Position numbers and translations under genes: made by a program. From an uncultured delta proteobacterium (lineage in GTDB: Bacteria > Myxococcota_A > Polyangia > Haliangiales > Haliangiaceae), in NCBI GenBank assembly GCA_963848295.1, contig CAWKDB010000010.1, positions 2,688,001-2,752,000 on the forward strand: a DNA stretch of 64,000 bases, given 5' to 3'. Of the stretch, positions 45,314-55,973 are shown piece after piece (position 1 is the first letter of the stretch; every line of letters begins with the position of its first letter). The notes beneath the pieces were generated by a model, which worked only from the letters and a program-made list of their open reading frames with translations, made no database searches and was not told the origin of the DNA.

Positions 45314-46326
45314 GGCGTGATTGTAGGCCGCGCGCGCCCGCCGCGAAACACCGTGAAGTGAAGCGCGAGCAAGCTGACGTTGACCGCCGCGATCGCGGCG
45401 CCGTGCCCGACGACCCAGTACGGAAAGCCGGCGAGGCACGCGATCATCCACACGAACACGTACGTGTCGCGGCGGCCGAACGAGCGCAGCCACGTGATCG
45501 GCGAGGTCGGATCGTAGACGTCGTCGGCGGTCGCCTTGCCCGACTCGAACCACCAGCGAAACGCGAAGATGTCGCCGGTGCCGGTGCGACGATAGACCGA
45601 GACGTACGTGACGATCGAGACGAGTAGGCGACCGCACGCCGCCGCGAGCCCGATCCATCGCCAGATCCCGCCGAGGCCGAACCCGCACGCGGCGATGAAA
45701 GCGTTGTCGACGATGTCGTCCGACAGGTTGTCGAGCCACTGGCCGAGCTTGCTGTACTGGTAGCGCAGGCGCGCGAGCTCGCCGTCGCACGAGTCGAGGA
45801 TCGAGTTGACTTCGAGCAAGACGCCAGCGATCGCGGTCGTGACGTAGTGACCGCGGCTCGCGAGGTAGGTCGCGAACAGGCCGACGACGATCGCGACGAT
45901 CGTGACGTGGTTCGGCGTCACCGCGAGCGAGCGATGCGACAGCACGCGCGTGATCCGCATCGAGAACCGCCAGTTGATCAGCGCGTCGACCGGGCCTTCG
46001 AACGACTTGTTCATCCGGCGGATCAGCGCCCACTCCGCGCGCGCGCGGGCCGCGTCGTCGACGAGCTCGACCCCGGCGATCACGTCGGCGCGCTCGCGCC
46101 GCGCGTCGGCCGGAGGCTCGCTACCCGGTGCGACGAACTCGATCGGAATCGGCAACGGGCGAGAGAGCTCGACCGGCGCCGCCGCGATCACGGCGCGCGT
46201 CGCACCTGCCTTGGCGACCTCGCGGATCCGGCGCTCGAGCGCGGTCAGGCCGCCGACCACTTCGAGATGGCGCGCGCCGGTGGTCTCGAGAAACGCGACA
46301 GTCTCCACGCGCGCGCACGCTAGCAC
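45310..46326 (-). CDS. CDP-alcohol phosphatidyltransferase family protein
   Basis: TPNHVT; DSCDGELAR......SKLGQWLDNLSD signature; start uncertain. Confidence 0.88.
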   Translation of the reverse strand: MLACARVETVAFLETTGARHLEVVGGLTALERRIREVAKAGATRAVIAAAPVELSRPLPIPIEFVAPGSEPPADARRERADVIAGVELVDDAARARAEWALIRRMNKSFEGPVDALINWRFSMRITRVLSHRSLAVTPNHVTIVAIVVGLFATYLASRGHYVTTAIAGVLLEVNSILDSCDGELARLRYQYSKLGQWLDNLSDDIVDNAFIAACGFGLGGIWRWIGLAAACGRLLVSIVTYVSVYRRTGTGDIFAFRWWFESGKATADDVYDPTSPITWLRSFGRRDTYVFVWMIACLAGFPYWVVGHGAAIAAVNVSLLALHFTVFRGGRARPTITP

Positions 46327-46362
46327 CTGCGACCGCGGCCCGCGAGCCGGTCGCGGCGCGAG

Positions 46363-47220
46363 CTAGGTCGATGGGCCGGGCACGACCTGCGTGATCGTGA
46401 TCGTGCCTTCGGCGTTCGCGGTGCCAGCCTTCTTGTAGGCCGTCACGGTATGCGCGGTCGTCGGGAACGTCGTCGTGCCGAGCGTCGCCGAGACCTGGGT
46501 GTCTCCGTCGGGGACGTTGAACACGAAGAAGAAGCCGGCGGCCTGGGCCGCCAAGGTTCCGAGGTCGAACTGCGTGCCGACATCGGCACCATTCTGCTGC
46601 ACGCTCAGCGTCGCGCCCTTGATCGCCACGCCGCCGCAGTCTTGCACCTGCACGAACATCGAGCCGTTGGTCGAGTCGTCCTGCGTCGCCATGACGAATG
46701 ACGCGAGCTCTCCGAAGGTGGCGTCGTCGACCACCGGCATCAGCACGCCGGCGGCGGACGCGTGCAGCAGGTTCGGCGGATAAACATAGCTGATCCGGTA
46801 CGTCGTCGCGCCGTTCTTCGGCGTGACCGCCTTGACGAATGCATCGAGCGGCGTGCCCGAGGTCGTGAGCGACACCGAGAACGTGCCGTCGATGGCGCTC
46901 GTCGTGTTCGCGATCGACACCGTCGGTGCGGATACGAGGTAGGCGTCGAGCACGACGCCCGCCTGGGCCGTGAGACCGCCGCCGGCGATGCTGATCGCGT
47001 CCGCGGTGCCCGCGTAGGTCAGCGTGTCGGGAGCCATCGTCGGCTGCGGGTTGGTCAGACACGAGAAGTCGTAGAGCGACGCATCGACGCTGGGCGCGTC
47101 GATCGCCTCGGCGTCGATCGCGGCGTCGATCAGCTTGGGCGCGTCGACGACAGTGCCGTGGTCGTTACCGCATGCAGCGAGGCCGGCGGCGAGGGCAAAA
47201 CAAGCGCGGAGATTCCCCAT
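46363..47220 (-). CDS. Thr/Ala-rich beta-sandwich lipoprotein (carboxypeptidase-regulatory-like)
   Basis: LAACG lipobox; IDA-repeat linker; TTSAIDGTFS. Confidence 0.72.
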   Translation of the reverse strand: MGNLRACFALAAGLAACGNDHGTVVDAPKLIDAAIDAEAIDAPSVDASLYDFSCLTNPQPTMAPDTLTYAGTADAISIAGGGLTAQAGVVLDAYLVSAPTVSIANTTSAIDGTFSVSLTTSGTPLDAFVKAVTPKNGATTYRISYVYPPNLLHASAAGVLMPVVDDATFGELASFVMATQDDSTNGSMFVQVQDCGGVAIKGATLSVQQNGADVGTQFDLGTLAAQAAGFFFVFNVPDGDTQVSATLGTTTFPTTAHTVTAYKKAGTANAEGTITITQVVPGPST

Positions 47221-47300
47221 AGGCGGGTTTCGTACACCCGTTCGCCGCGCGGTTCCATGCAAATGCGGTGACCGAACGCGAGACGCTGGAGCCGCAACTT

Positions 47301-48569
47301 CTATGCGGGTGTGCGGCGCAGCACTACGATGTGCTCGGCCTTCGGCCGGTCGCCGAACGCGTTGCGCTCGACCGGGCCGTGCATCGGCCGGTGCTGGCTC
47401 GCCCACGCGAGCACGACGAGCTCGTCGCCCAGCACCTCGCGCAGATCGTCGAGGGCATAGATCGCGCGACCGCGCGCGACCGAATCTCCGACGACGAGCG
47501 CCACTTCGCGCCCCGGCCGCAGCGCATGCGCGATCGCCGCGATGACCTCGCCGAATTGGCCGAGCCACTTCGTATGGGGCTGTTCGCCCGCTTCGAAGCT
47601 GCGCCGCGAACCGATCTCGCCGGCATCGAGCACGCGATGACGCAGTGCGAGAAAATCGAACCGCAGCTTCTGGTGGTCGGCGTAGTCGTACGTGCCCGCG
47701 TACGGCGGTGACGTCACGATGCCGGCGGCAGATCCGGCCGCGACGACCTCCCCGAGCGTGCGTGCATCGCGTTCGAACACCTCCGGGGGCGCGCCCGGCG
47801 TGCCCGACAGCTCGTCGAGACCGGCGACCAACAAGTCGACGCGCTTCGCGAATAACCGCGCCGGCAGCCCGCGGCCGATCGTGCGCTCGATCCACGTGTC
47901 GTCGGTATCGGAGGCGCGCGAGCTGACCTTGTAGAGGATCGACGACAAGCACGCGTAGAGCACGTCGCCGATCTGCGTGTCGCGCTCGCGCAGCGCTTCG
48001 ATCGCGCTCGCCATGAACTCGAGCTCGCGCCGCACGTGCGGCTGAAACCACGACAGCAGCTTGCGATCGCGAGCGTTCGGATCGAACCCCTTCGGCTTGC
48101 GCGTACCGACCGCCTCGCCGCCCGAGCGCCGCGCCGCCTTTCCGGCGGCGAGCGCGTTGCCCGCGATCGCGTGACCGGCCTCGCGCAACTGGCTGCGCCG
48201 GCGCGGCGTCTGCGTCCACGTCTTGGCGCGCGCGATCAGCGTCGCGAGCGGATTGAGATCGATGCCGATCGCTCGCCGGCCCGCTGCGCGCGCTTCGACC
48301 AGCACCGTGCCCGAGCCGCAAAACGGATCCACGATCGGCGCGGTCCGCGGCGCGCCCTCCCCGACCAGCCCCACGAGCACCCGCGCCGTCGCCGGATGCA
48401 TCCGCGCCGGATACGTATGAAAAGGATGCGTGAATTCCGTCGCCGCCTCATGATCCACCGTCGGTGCGCGCAAAGCCCGCACCAGCACCTCCGCCGTCTC
48501 CCGATCCCCGTCCGCCTCGATCCGCCCCGGCGCGCGAGTCATCGACAACGAGCGGCGCTCCTGAGCCAT
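47301..48569 (-). CDS. Orphan amino-methyltransferase, probably DNA N4-cytosine, motif I before motif IV
   Basis: THPFHTYPARM, DPFCGSGT (motif I), TSPPY (motif IV). Confidence 0.8.
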   Translation of the reverse strand: MAQERRSLSMTRAPGRIEADGDRETAEVLVRALRAPTVDHEAATEFTHPFHTYPARMHPATARVLVGLVGEGAPRTAPIVDPFCGSGTVLVEARAAGRRAIGIDLNPLATLIARAKTWTQTPRRRSQLREAGHAIAGNALAAGKAARRSGGEAVGTRKPKGFDPNARDRKLLSWFQPHVRRELEFMASAIEALRERDTQIGDVLYACLSSILYKVSSRASDTDDTWIERTIGRGLPARLFAKRVDLLVAGLDELSGTPGAPPEVFERDARTLGEVVAAGSAAGIVTSPPYAGTYDYADHQKLRFDFLALRHRVLDAGEIGSRRSFEAGEQPHTKWLGQFGEVIAAIAHALRPGREVALVVGDSVARGRAIYALDDLREVLGDELVVLAWASQHRPMHGPVERNAFGDRPKAEHIVVLRRTPA

Positions 48570-48582
48570 CGCCGCACCATCG

Positions 48583-48875
48583 GGGACGCTGTCTCTATTG
48601 TCAACTTGCGGTCCGGGCCCGCCGCTCCAACACCCCGTGATCGCTGCGGAAGCGCTGGGGACGCTGTCTCTATTGTCACTTTGCTGGCCTTGCTTACGCA
48701 CCGTGCCTCGACTTGCGAACCTGATCACGAGGTTCGGCCGGCAAGACCTTCTCCGAACGGCTCCGAACAGGTGGCAAAGTGACAATAGAGACAGCGTCCC
48801 CAAATAACGTCAACGATCGTCAGCAGATCGCCGCCGTGGGTGCGCAAGCAAGTTGACAAAAGAGACAGCGTCACC
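48583..48875. mobile_element. About 290-bp non-autonomous REPIN/MITE-like element with four motif copies in head-to-head arrangement
   Basis: Forward copies at 48583 and 48658; reverse copies at 48774-48802 and 48848-48875; lies between divergent genes. Confidence 0.7.
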
Positions 48876-48887
48876 TTTGCTGGGGCC

Positions 48888-49175
48888 ATGCCCATGCCTC
48901 TCGAGATCATTGGCCTCGGAAAACCTGAGGTCCGGTTCGTGTGGGACGACGGACTCGAGGATGTCTGGCAGACTCGCGAGCTGCGGATCCTGTGCACGTG
49001 CGCGAATTGTCAGTCGGAGGCGACGGGGGAGCGCTTGCTCGATCCCAAGACGGTGCCGGCGGGCATCACGGTGAGCGAGATGCAGCTGATGGGGAATTAT
49101 GGGGTCGGGATCCATTTCTCCGACGGGCACACCACCGGCATCTTTCGGTTTCGCAATCTGCGGAGACCGAGGTGA
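48888..49175 (+). CDS. DUF971 / GBBH-like N-terminal domain protein
   Basis: [24 protein letters not shown]. Confidence 0.88.
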   Translation: MPMPLEIIGLGKPEVRFVWDDGLEDVWQTRELRILCTCANCQSEATGERLLDPKTVPAGITVSEMQLMGNYGVGIHFSDGHTTGIFRFRNLRRPR

Positions 49176-49837
49176 TCGCAGAGCTCGAGCAGCTGTGGGC
49201 GAAGCGGCGAAGCATCCGCGGCTTTCGCAAGGAGCCGATCGCCGAGGCCGAGCTGCAGCGCATGTTCGCGGCGTCGCAGCGCGCTCCGAGCTGGTGCAAT
49301 GTCCAGCCGTGGCGGGTCGCGGTCACGATGCCGCCGAAGACCGAGGCGCTCGCCGGCGCGATGGTCGATGCGGCGAAGAGCGGGTTGCCGCAGGCCGAGG
49401 TCCCGTTTCCGCTCGCGTATCCCGACCCGTACCAGGGCCTGCGGATCGCGTGCGGGGTCGCGCTGTATCGCGCCTTGGGCATCGCTCGCGATGACAAGGC
49501 CGCGCGCTATGACGCCTGGCTCCGCAACTACGAGTTCTTCGGCGCACCGCATGTCGCCATCGTCGCGTGCGATCGCCGGCTCGGGCCGTACGCGTACGTC
49601 GACGTCGGCGTCTGGCTCGGGTACGTGCTGACCGCCGCGGATGCACTCGGCATCGCGACGTGCCCGATGGCCTCGGTCGCGGCTTACCCCGCCGCGTTGC
49701 GCGCGCAGCTGCCGATCGCCGAGACCGATGTGATCCTGTTCGGGCTCGCGCTCGGTCGCGCCGACGATGCCGCGCCGGCGAATGGATATCGCACCGGCCG
49801 CGAGCCCGTCGCGACCAACGTCGCGTTCGTCGTGTGA
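49172..49837 (+). CDS. Nitroreductase family protein
   Basis: [30 protein letters not shown]-coupled to DUF971. Confidence 0.9.
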   Translation: MIAELEQLWAKRRSIRGFRKEPIAEAELQRMFAASQRAPSWCNVQPWRVAVTMPPKTEALAGAMVDAAKSGLPQAEVPFPLAYPDPYQGLRIACGVALYRALGIARDDKAARYDAWLRNYEFFGAPHVAIVACDRRLGPYAYVDVGVWLGYVLTAADALGIATCPMASVAAYPAALRAQLPIAETDVILFGLALGRADDAAPANGYRTGREPVATNVAFVV

Positions 49838-49862
49838 TAAGCTATTCGGCCTCGGGGAGATC

Positions 49863-51326
49863 ATGAGATCACGGGCTTTTTTCGTTATTTGGTTCGCGAT
49901 CACGGCGCTCGCCGCCCCGCTCGCGTCCGCGCAGTCCGCCGACGCGCTCAAGAAAGCGCAAGCGAGCTTCGACCAAGCGCAGGTCGATTATCTGCAGGGC
50001 AAGTACGACGAAGCCGCGAAGGGCTTCCAGGAGGCGTACGCCGCGCGCCCGTTCCCGCAGTTCCTCTACAACATCGGCGCGAGCTTCCACATGAAGGGGA
50101 AGAAGGGCTCGGACCTCGAGTCGTACGAGAAGGCGGTCGAGTTCTACAAGAAGTACCTCGACGAAGATCAGCAGGCCTCCGATCGCGCGAAGGTCGAGAA
50201 GACGGTCGGCGTGCTCGAAGCCGAGATCGCGCGCCTGAAGACACCGGCGAACGCGGGCTCGGGCTCGGCCGCGATCGCCGCGACGCCGTCGCAAGAAGTC
50301 CAGCAACTCGGCGACGTGAAGGTGCACGGCCTCGTCATCATCGAGAGCGAGCCGGCCGGCGCGACGATCTATCAAGACGACAAGAAGAACGGCAAGTTCA
50401 ACGTGACGCCGTGGTCGGGCACGCTCGACGGCGAGCACAAGATCATCCTCGAGAAGCGCGGCTACAAGGTCGCCGAGACCACGATCACCGCCGACCCGTC
50501 GAAGCTGTTCGTGCTGCGCGTCGTGATGTCGCAAGACGGCTACCTCGGCTGGGTCGACATCACGTCGAACGTGCCGGGCTCGGAAATCTTCATCGACGAC
50601 AAGGCGCAAGGCGCGATCGGCAAGACGCCGCTGTCGCAGAACATCAAGCCGGGCAAGCACACGTTCTGGATCACGGCCGAGGGCTACGACGAGTACAAAG
50701 AGTCGGCCGACATCGAGCAAGGCGAGACCCACGAGATCAAGGCGCAGCTCAAAGGCTCGCCGGTCGGCAAGCTCTACGTCGTCGGGCTCGGCATCGAAGA
50801 CTCGGTGATCATCGTCGACGGCAAGGTGCTGTGCGAGCGCGGACCGTGCCTCAAGCCGCTGCAAGAAGGGCCGCATACGCTGACCGTGCGCCGGCCCGGG
50901 TTCAAGCCGTACAGCGAGCGGATCACGATCCAGGCGAAGACCCAGACCCAGATCAAGATCAACCTCGCGCCCCAGCCGAGCCGCAGCGACGCGGTGGTCG
51001 CGTACGTGCTCGCCGCCGGGTTCGGCGGCGGCGGCGTGTTCCTCGGCCTGCAAGCGAACAGCATCCGCGACGAGCTCAAGAAGGGGATCGCGGCCGGCCA
51101 GCCGCCGGTCGATTCGAACGATCCGCGGTTCTTGAAAGGCAAGCTCTACGCGATCGGCGCCGATGCCGCGTTCGCGGTCGCGGGCATCACGCTCGTCACC
51201 GCGATCTACTACACGCTCCGCGACAAGGGCGCGCCGACCACCGGGTTGATCGATGTCCGCGCACTCGCGCTCGAGCCCGCGATCGGCCCGGGCTTCGCCG
51301 GTCTCGCGATGGGAGGGCAGTTCTGA
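49863..51326 (+). CDS. Secreted TPR plus multi-PEGA domain protein with C-terminal TMs
   Basis: Signal peptide; FQEAY..P..LYNIG; SEPAGA, SNVPG..IFID, GKTP repeats. Confidence 0.88.
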   Translation: MRSRAFFVIWFAITALAAPLASAQSADALKKAQASFDQAQVDYLQGKYDEAAKGFQEAYAARPFPQFLYNIGASFHMKGKKGSDLESYEKAVEFYKKYLDEDQQASDRAKVEKTVGVLEAEIARLKTPANAGSGSAAIAATPSQEVQQLGDVKVHGLVIIESEPAGATIYQDDKKNGKFNVTPWSGTLDGEHKIILEKRGYKVAETTITADPSKLFVLRVVMSQDGYLGWVDITSNVPGSEIFIDDKAQGAIGKTPLSQNIKPGKHTFWITAEGYDEYKESADIEQGETHEIKAQLKGSPVGKLYVVGLGIEDSVIIVDGKVLCERGPCLKPLQEGPHTLTVRRPGFKPYSERITIQAKTQTQIKINLAPQPSRSDAVVAYVLAAGFGGGGVFLGLQANSIRDELKKGIAAGQPPVDSNDPRFLKGKLYAIGADAAFAVAGITLVTAIYYTLRDKGAPTTGLIDVRALALEPAIGPGFAGLAMGGQF

Positions 51327-52594
51327 TGCGGACTCTCGCGATCACGGTCGCGCTCGGCGGCCTCGCCGCGTGCAACTGGACGACGTTCGATGATCTGTCG
51401 AACCAGACGTGGGTCAACTCGACCCAGAAGCCGGATCAGAAGTCGTCGGACTGGGGCGTCGCGATCCAACGCGGCTCGCTGAACGGTACGCCCGGCCGAC
51501 TCGCGGTGCTCGGCACGAACAGCACCGTGTACACCGCGCTGTCGTTCGGCACCGACGGCAAGTCCGAGCTCGACGCTGGCGTCGTCGACGATCAGCTCAA
51601 CGGCGAGGCGCTCCTGCAAGATCAGCCGATCCTGCTCGCCGATCCCACGACCGACAACCTGTCGCTCGTCACGCCGACGCAGGACAGCGGCGCGGTCGCG
51701 TTCACCGGCACGACCTCGCTCCAGGTCGTGCAGTTCGCCGCCGGCACGATCCCGACCGGTGCGGCCTACATGAGACTGTCGAACTCGGCGACCGCGGTGT
51801 TGTTCGTCGCGATCGGCGACCTCGTGCTGCCGAACATCGGCTGTCCGAGCTTCAAGCCACCGCAGCTCACGCTCGAAGACGAGGACACCGCCGCCGATAA
51901 CCCCGTGATGGTCGCGGCGATGGCCGGCGTGCCGATCAGCTCGGCGATGCACGACGACCTCGTCGTGTGGGCGACCGACGGCAAGCTCTACGTCTATCCC
52001 GACTTCGACTCCGCGGCTTCTCCGATCAACGACATCAGCTGCCCGATCAACCTCGACCAGACGCTGCACGCCGCGACCGTCACCGACACCGGCTTCCTGC
52101 CCGGCACCGGCGCGCAGCTGCTCGTCGACGGCACGCTCGTGGTCGCGACCGGCGAGAAGGTCGGCAGCTCGACCACCACGAACTCGCCCGAGAGCTTGCT
52201 CGCGGTCTACGACGTGTCGACCGGTACGCCGACGCTCGCCGGCGCCCCGATCGATCGCAACGACGGCGTCGGCCTGCACGCCGCGGTGATCCAGGCCTAC
52301 GACGGTCAGAGCTACTTGTTCGCGGGCTTCCCGACCGCGCCGGTCAATTCGCTGACGACCGGCGTCGTCGAGGTGTTCTCGTACGACGCGGCGAACGGCA
52401 TCGATTCCCAGCCGGTGCAGACGCTGTACGACGCGCAGCCCGACGACAACGAGCTGTTCGGCCGGTCGCTCGCGATCATGCCGTACGAGGGCGCGAACGT
52501 CCTCGCGGTCGGCGCGAGCAACGAAGTGTTCGCGTACTACCAGATCGTCGACAGCAGTGGCACGCCGATCTACGAAGACCCGCGGACACACTGA
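51326..52594 (+). CDS. Acidic lipoprotein, probable beta-propeller (FG-GAP-like)
   Basis: TGATG coupling; LAAC lipobox; ELFGRSLA..LAVGA. Confidence 0.72.
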   Translation: MRTLAITVALGGLAACNWTTFDDLSNQTWVNSTQKPDQKSSDWGVAIQRGSLNGTPGRLAVLGTNSTVYTALSFGTDGKSELDAGVVDDQLNGEALLQDQPILLADPTTDNLSLVTPTQDSGAVAFTGTTSLQVVQFAAGTIPTGAAYMRLSNSATAVLFVAIGDLVLPNIGCPSFKPPQLTLEDEDTAADNPVMVAAMAGVPISSAMHDDLVVWATDGKLYVYPDFDSAASPINDISCPINLDQTLHAATVTDTGFLPGTGAQLLVDGTLVVATGEKVGSSTTTNSPESLLAVYDVSTGTPTLAGAPIDRNDGVGLHAAVIQAYDGQSYLFAGFPTAPVNSLTTGVVEVFSYDAANGIDSQPVQTLYDAQPDDNELFGRSLAIMPYEGANVLAVGASNEVFAYYQIVDSSGTPIYEDPRTH

Positions 52595-52606
52595 TCGCGA
52601 GCACGA

Positions 52607-54470
52607 GTGAAGCGCACCTGCCCGGCGTGTCAACGAGAGTTCGACGAAGCCGGGTTTTGCCCGTTCGACGGCACGGCGCTCCGGGAGCCCGACGTCAGTA
52701 AGCCCACCGTGCTGTCGGCGTTCGTCGACGCGCAGATGCCCCCGGCCGACACGAAGCTGCCGACCGAGCCCGATCTGCGCCGAGATCAGGACCCGACCAA
52801 CCGCGTCCGCGCGATCTCCGCGGCGGCCGCGACTCAAGACGCGCTCGACAGCATGCGCAAGCGCACCGAGTACGACTCGCTCGTCGGTGACACGCTCGAC
52901 GGCCGCTACTTCATCAAGGCGAAGATCGGCGAGGGCGGCATGGGCGTCGTGTTCGCCGCGCGCCACGCCGTGATCGAGCGGCCGCTCGCGATCAAGGTGC
53001 TGAAGCGCGAGGTGATGCGCGACACCGCGACGATCCGCCGCTTCGTACAAGAGGCGAAGGCGGCATCGCGGATCGGCCACCCGAACATCGTTGATGTCAC
53101 CGACTTCGGGACGACCCCCGAGGGCATGACCTACTCCGTGATGGAGTTCGTCGACGGCACGACGCTGGCGAAGGCGATCAAGCACGGCGCGCCTTTTCCC
53201 GCCGAACGCGCGATCCGGATCGCGTCGCAGATCGCACGGGCGCTCGGCGCGGCGCACGACAAGGGCATCGTCCACCGCGATCTCAAGCCGGAGAACGTGT
53301 TCTTGATCGACCGCGAGGGCCGCACCGACTTCGTCAAGATCGTCGACTTCGGCATCGCGAAGGTCACGCCGCTCGACGGCCAGAGCGATGGCCCGCGCCT
53401 CACCCGCGTCGGCTCGGTGTTCGGCACGCCGGAGTACATGGCGCCCGAGCAAGCGGCCGGGCGCAGCGACACCGACGGCCGGGTCGATATCTACGCGCTC
53501 GGCACGATCCTCTACGAGATGTTGTGCGGTCGCGTGCCGCACAAGAGCGACAGCATGGTCCGCACGATCGCGATGCAGATGCTCGACGAGATTCCGCTGC
53601 TGAGCGGAGCACATCCCGAGATCGAGATCGCGCCCGAGCTCGAAGACGTCGTGATGCGCGCGCTCGCCAAGAAGCGCGAGGACCGCTACCAGACGATGGC
53701 GGAGCTGCTGTCCGCGCTCGAGCGGGTCTACGACTCGATCACCGCGCCGCCGACCCGCGAGGAGCTGCTCAAGTCGTTACCGCCGTTGCCGCCCGGCGCC
53801 GATCCGATCCCGCTCGCGACCGACGGGCTCGCGACCGCCGCGACCGCCGCGCCGACCGTGCGCCGGATCCGACACGAGCCGCAGTTCGTGACCTCGGATC
53901 GCCCGATCGCGTTCGATCACCTGCTCGCCGACCAGAGCCAGCCGGTCCGCCGTGGTCGCTGGCCGATCGCGCTCGCCGTGCTCGTGGTAGCCGGCGGCGG
54001 CGCGGTCGCCGCGATCCTATTGATGCGCGGTCACGGCGACACCGTCGCGATCGTCGAGCGCGATGCCGCGCTCGCCCAGCGACGCCGCGCTCGCCCACGA
54101 CGCCGCGCTCGATGGTTCGCTCGTCGTGCTCGCCGCCGACGCCGCGATCGCGCCGCGGCCTGTGCCCGACGCCGGCCTGGTCGTCATCGACACGCCGAAC
54201 CATCGCGGCACGATCGACGTCCAGGTGTTCACGAAGCCCGACACCGCGCAGATCTACGTCGCCGGGCACTTGCGCGGCGAGAACGGCACCCACGTCGAAG
54301 AGCCGTACGGGACACGGCTCGCGATCGAGTGTCGCCAACCGGGTTACCGGGCCGGCTCGGTCGTCGTGGTGTTCGACGGCCGGCAGGAGAAGGTCCAGTG
54401 CGAGCTCGCGCGGATCAAGCGCTGCGTGCCCGGGATCAAGAACCCGTTCGACGACTGCCCACCCGACTAG
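52607..54470 (+). CDS. Hanks-type Ser/Thr kinase with N-terminal zinc ribbon, TM and PEGA-like C-terminus; +1 frameshift near 54079
   Basis: CPAC..CP.DG; GEGGMG, AIK, HRDLKPEN, DFG, APE; the C-terminus continues in ORF 54063-54470 (KNPF end). Confidence 0.9.
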
Positions 54471-54500
54471 CGAGAACCGGGTGGGCCGACCCGCGACTGC

Positions 54501-54822
54501 TCAGTGCGCGAGGTCTTGCTCGAGCTGCTTGACCTTGTCGTCGACGTTCTTGTCGTCGATGTCCTTCTTGGCCTGAGCCTCGAAGTCGACCTCGGTGGGC
54601 ACGTCGGCCTGCGCCGCCGAGCCCGAGCCGCTGCCCGCGTTGGCTGCCGAGCCCGAGCCGCTGCCCGCGTTGGGCATGGTCGCCGAGCCCGAGCCGGCGG
54701 AATCCCGCGGCAGCCGAGCCGCTGCCCATCGCCGGAGCGGGTGCGGGTGCTTCCTTCGCCTTCTTCTTGCAACCCGAGACGGCGAGCAACGAGACAAATG
54801 CGATGACGAACGTCGACTTCAT
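54501..54822 (-). CDS. Small lipoprotein with Gly/Ser-rich linker; +1 frameshift near 54703
   Basis: MKSTFVIAFVSLLAVSGCKKK; NAGSGS repeats; C-terminal VPTEVDFEAQAKKDI. Confidence 0.7.
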
Positions 54823-55898
54823 GGCGTGGCTCCCTTCGCGCCGAACCCGGCTTTGAGCGCGGTCATCCGTTGGTCGTGACGATCGTTCTCGCGGCTCGTC
54901 GCGACATCGACGCGCACCGCGAGCTTGCCGTCGGCCTTGAGCTCGGCGACCTCCTTGGCGCGCGCCAGCTCGGCCACGCGCTGCGCGTGCAGGGTCAGCT
55001 CGGCCTGGGTGTCTGGATCGGCGAGGAACGCCGCATCCCACTTCGCGCGCAGCTCGGCGATGCGGGCTTCGCGACGTTGCTCGCGCGTCGTGTCGAGCTC
55101 CTGGTCTTGCTTCACCTCGGCGGCCTCGCGGGCCGCGCGATCCTTCGCGAGCTCGTGCTGGCGTGCGGCCCACTCCTGCTCGGCCTGCTTGTGCCGTTCG
55201 TCGTCGAGCTTGCGCGCCTCGGCCTCGGGATCGCCGGTGGCCACGACCTCGAACTGGCCGACCGGGAGGGCGCGACCGTGCTCGCGATGCAACACGATCT
55301 CGCCGGTCGCGGCGCCCGCCGGGATGTCGAACACGATCTCCTCGGGCTTGATCTTCGCGGCCGCGACGTGCGTCCCGGCCCACATCACTTCGATGTCGGG
55401 GGGGAAATTGCGGCCGCGGATGACGACGTGCGCGCCGGGCTTGCCGCGCGCTGGCCAGTAGCTGCTCACGACCGGCCGGTCGATCTTCCATTCGTGATGA
55501 TGATCCTCGCCGGGCGGCGACATTGGTCCGGGCGGTCCGCCCACCGGTGGTGGTGGCGCTCCCGCGGCCGCCCACTCACCTTCGACGTAGGCCCAGGTCG
55601 CGCCGCGCGCCTCCCAGCGGCCCTCGCGCCAGTGCTGGCCGGGGTGCTCCTTCTCCCACCGACCGCGGGTCCACGCCCACTTCTCCGCCTTCCAGTCCCA
55701 GCGACCGGGGATCCACTCGAAGCCGGCCTTGACCCCGTGGTTCTCGGCTTGTGGCGCCGGAGGCGCGAGCCGAGGTCCGTGATCGTCGTGGTGTCCGCGA
55801 TCGTGGTCTTTGTCCTTGTCGTGGTCGTGCGGTTGCGCCAGCGCCGGTGCACTCACCAGCGCGAACGCACCGATCAGCGCCGCTCTCGTCAATCCCAT
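54819..55898 (-). CDS. Secreted YXWGXW-repeat, IPT/TIG and coiled-coil protein
   Basis: WIPGRWDW, WTRGRW, WREGRW; GKPGAHVVIRGRNF; AGGAGG RBS. Confidence 0.8.
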   Translation of the reverse strand: MGLTRAALIGAFALVSAPALAQPHDHDKDKDHDRGHHDDHGPRLAPPAPQAENHGVKAGFEWIPGRWDWKAEKWAWTRGRWEKEHPGQHWREGRWEARGATWAYVEGEWAAAGAPPPPVGGPPGPMSPPGEDHHHEWKIDRPVVSSYWPARGKPGAHVVIRGRNFPPDIEVMWAGTHVAAAKIKPEEIVFDIPAGAATGEIVLHREHGRALPVGQFEVVATGDPEAEARKLDDERHKQAEQEWAARQHELAKDRAAREAAEVKQDQELDTTREQRREARIAELRAKWDAAFLADPDTQAELTLHAQRVAELARAKEVAELKADGKLAVRVDVATSRENDRHDQRMTALKAGFGAKGATP

Positions 55899-55973
55899 GT
55901 GGTCCTCCTTTTTGGAGGCCCGAGCGTACCGGAAACAACTTTGAGAACCAACGATCTGGGCGCGATCCTGCGT

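Noticed and set aside
47301..49175. Restriction-modification or defence island
   Set aside because: No nuclease or other defence gene adjacent to the methyltransferase.
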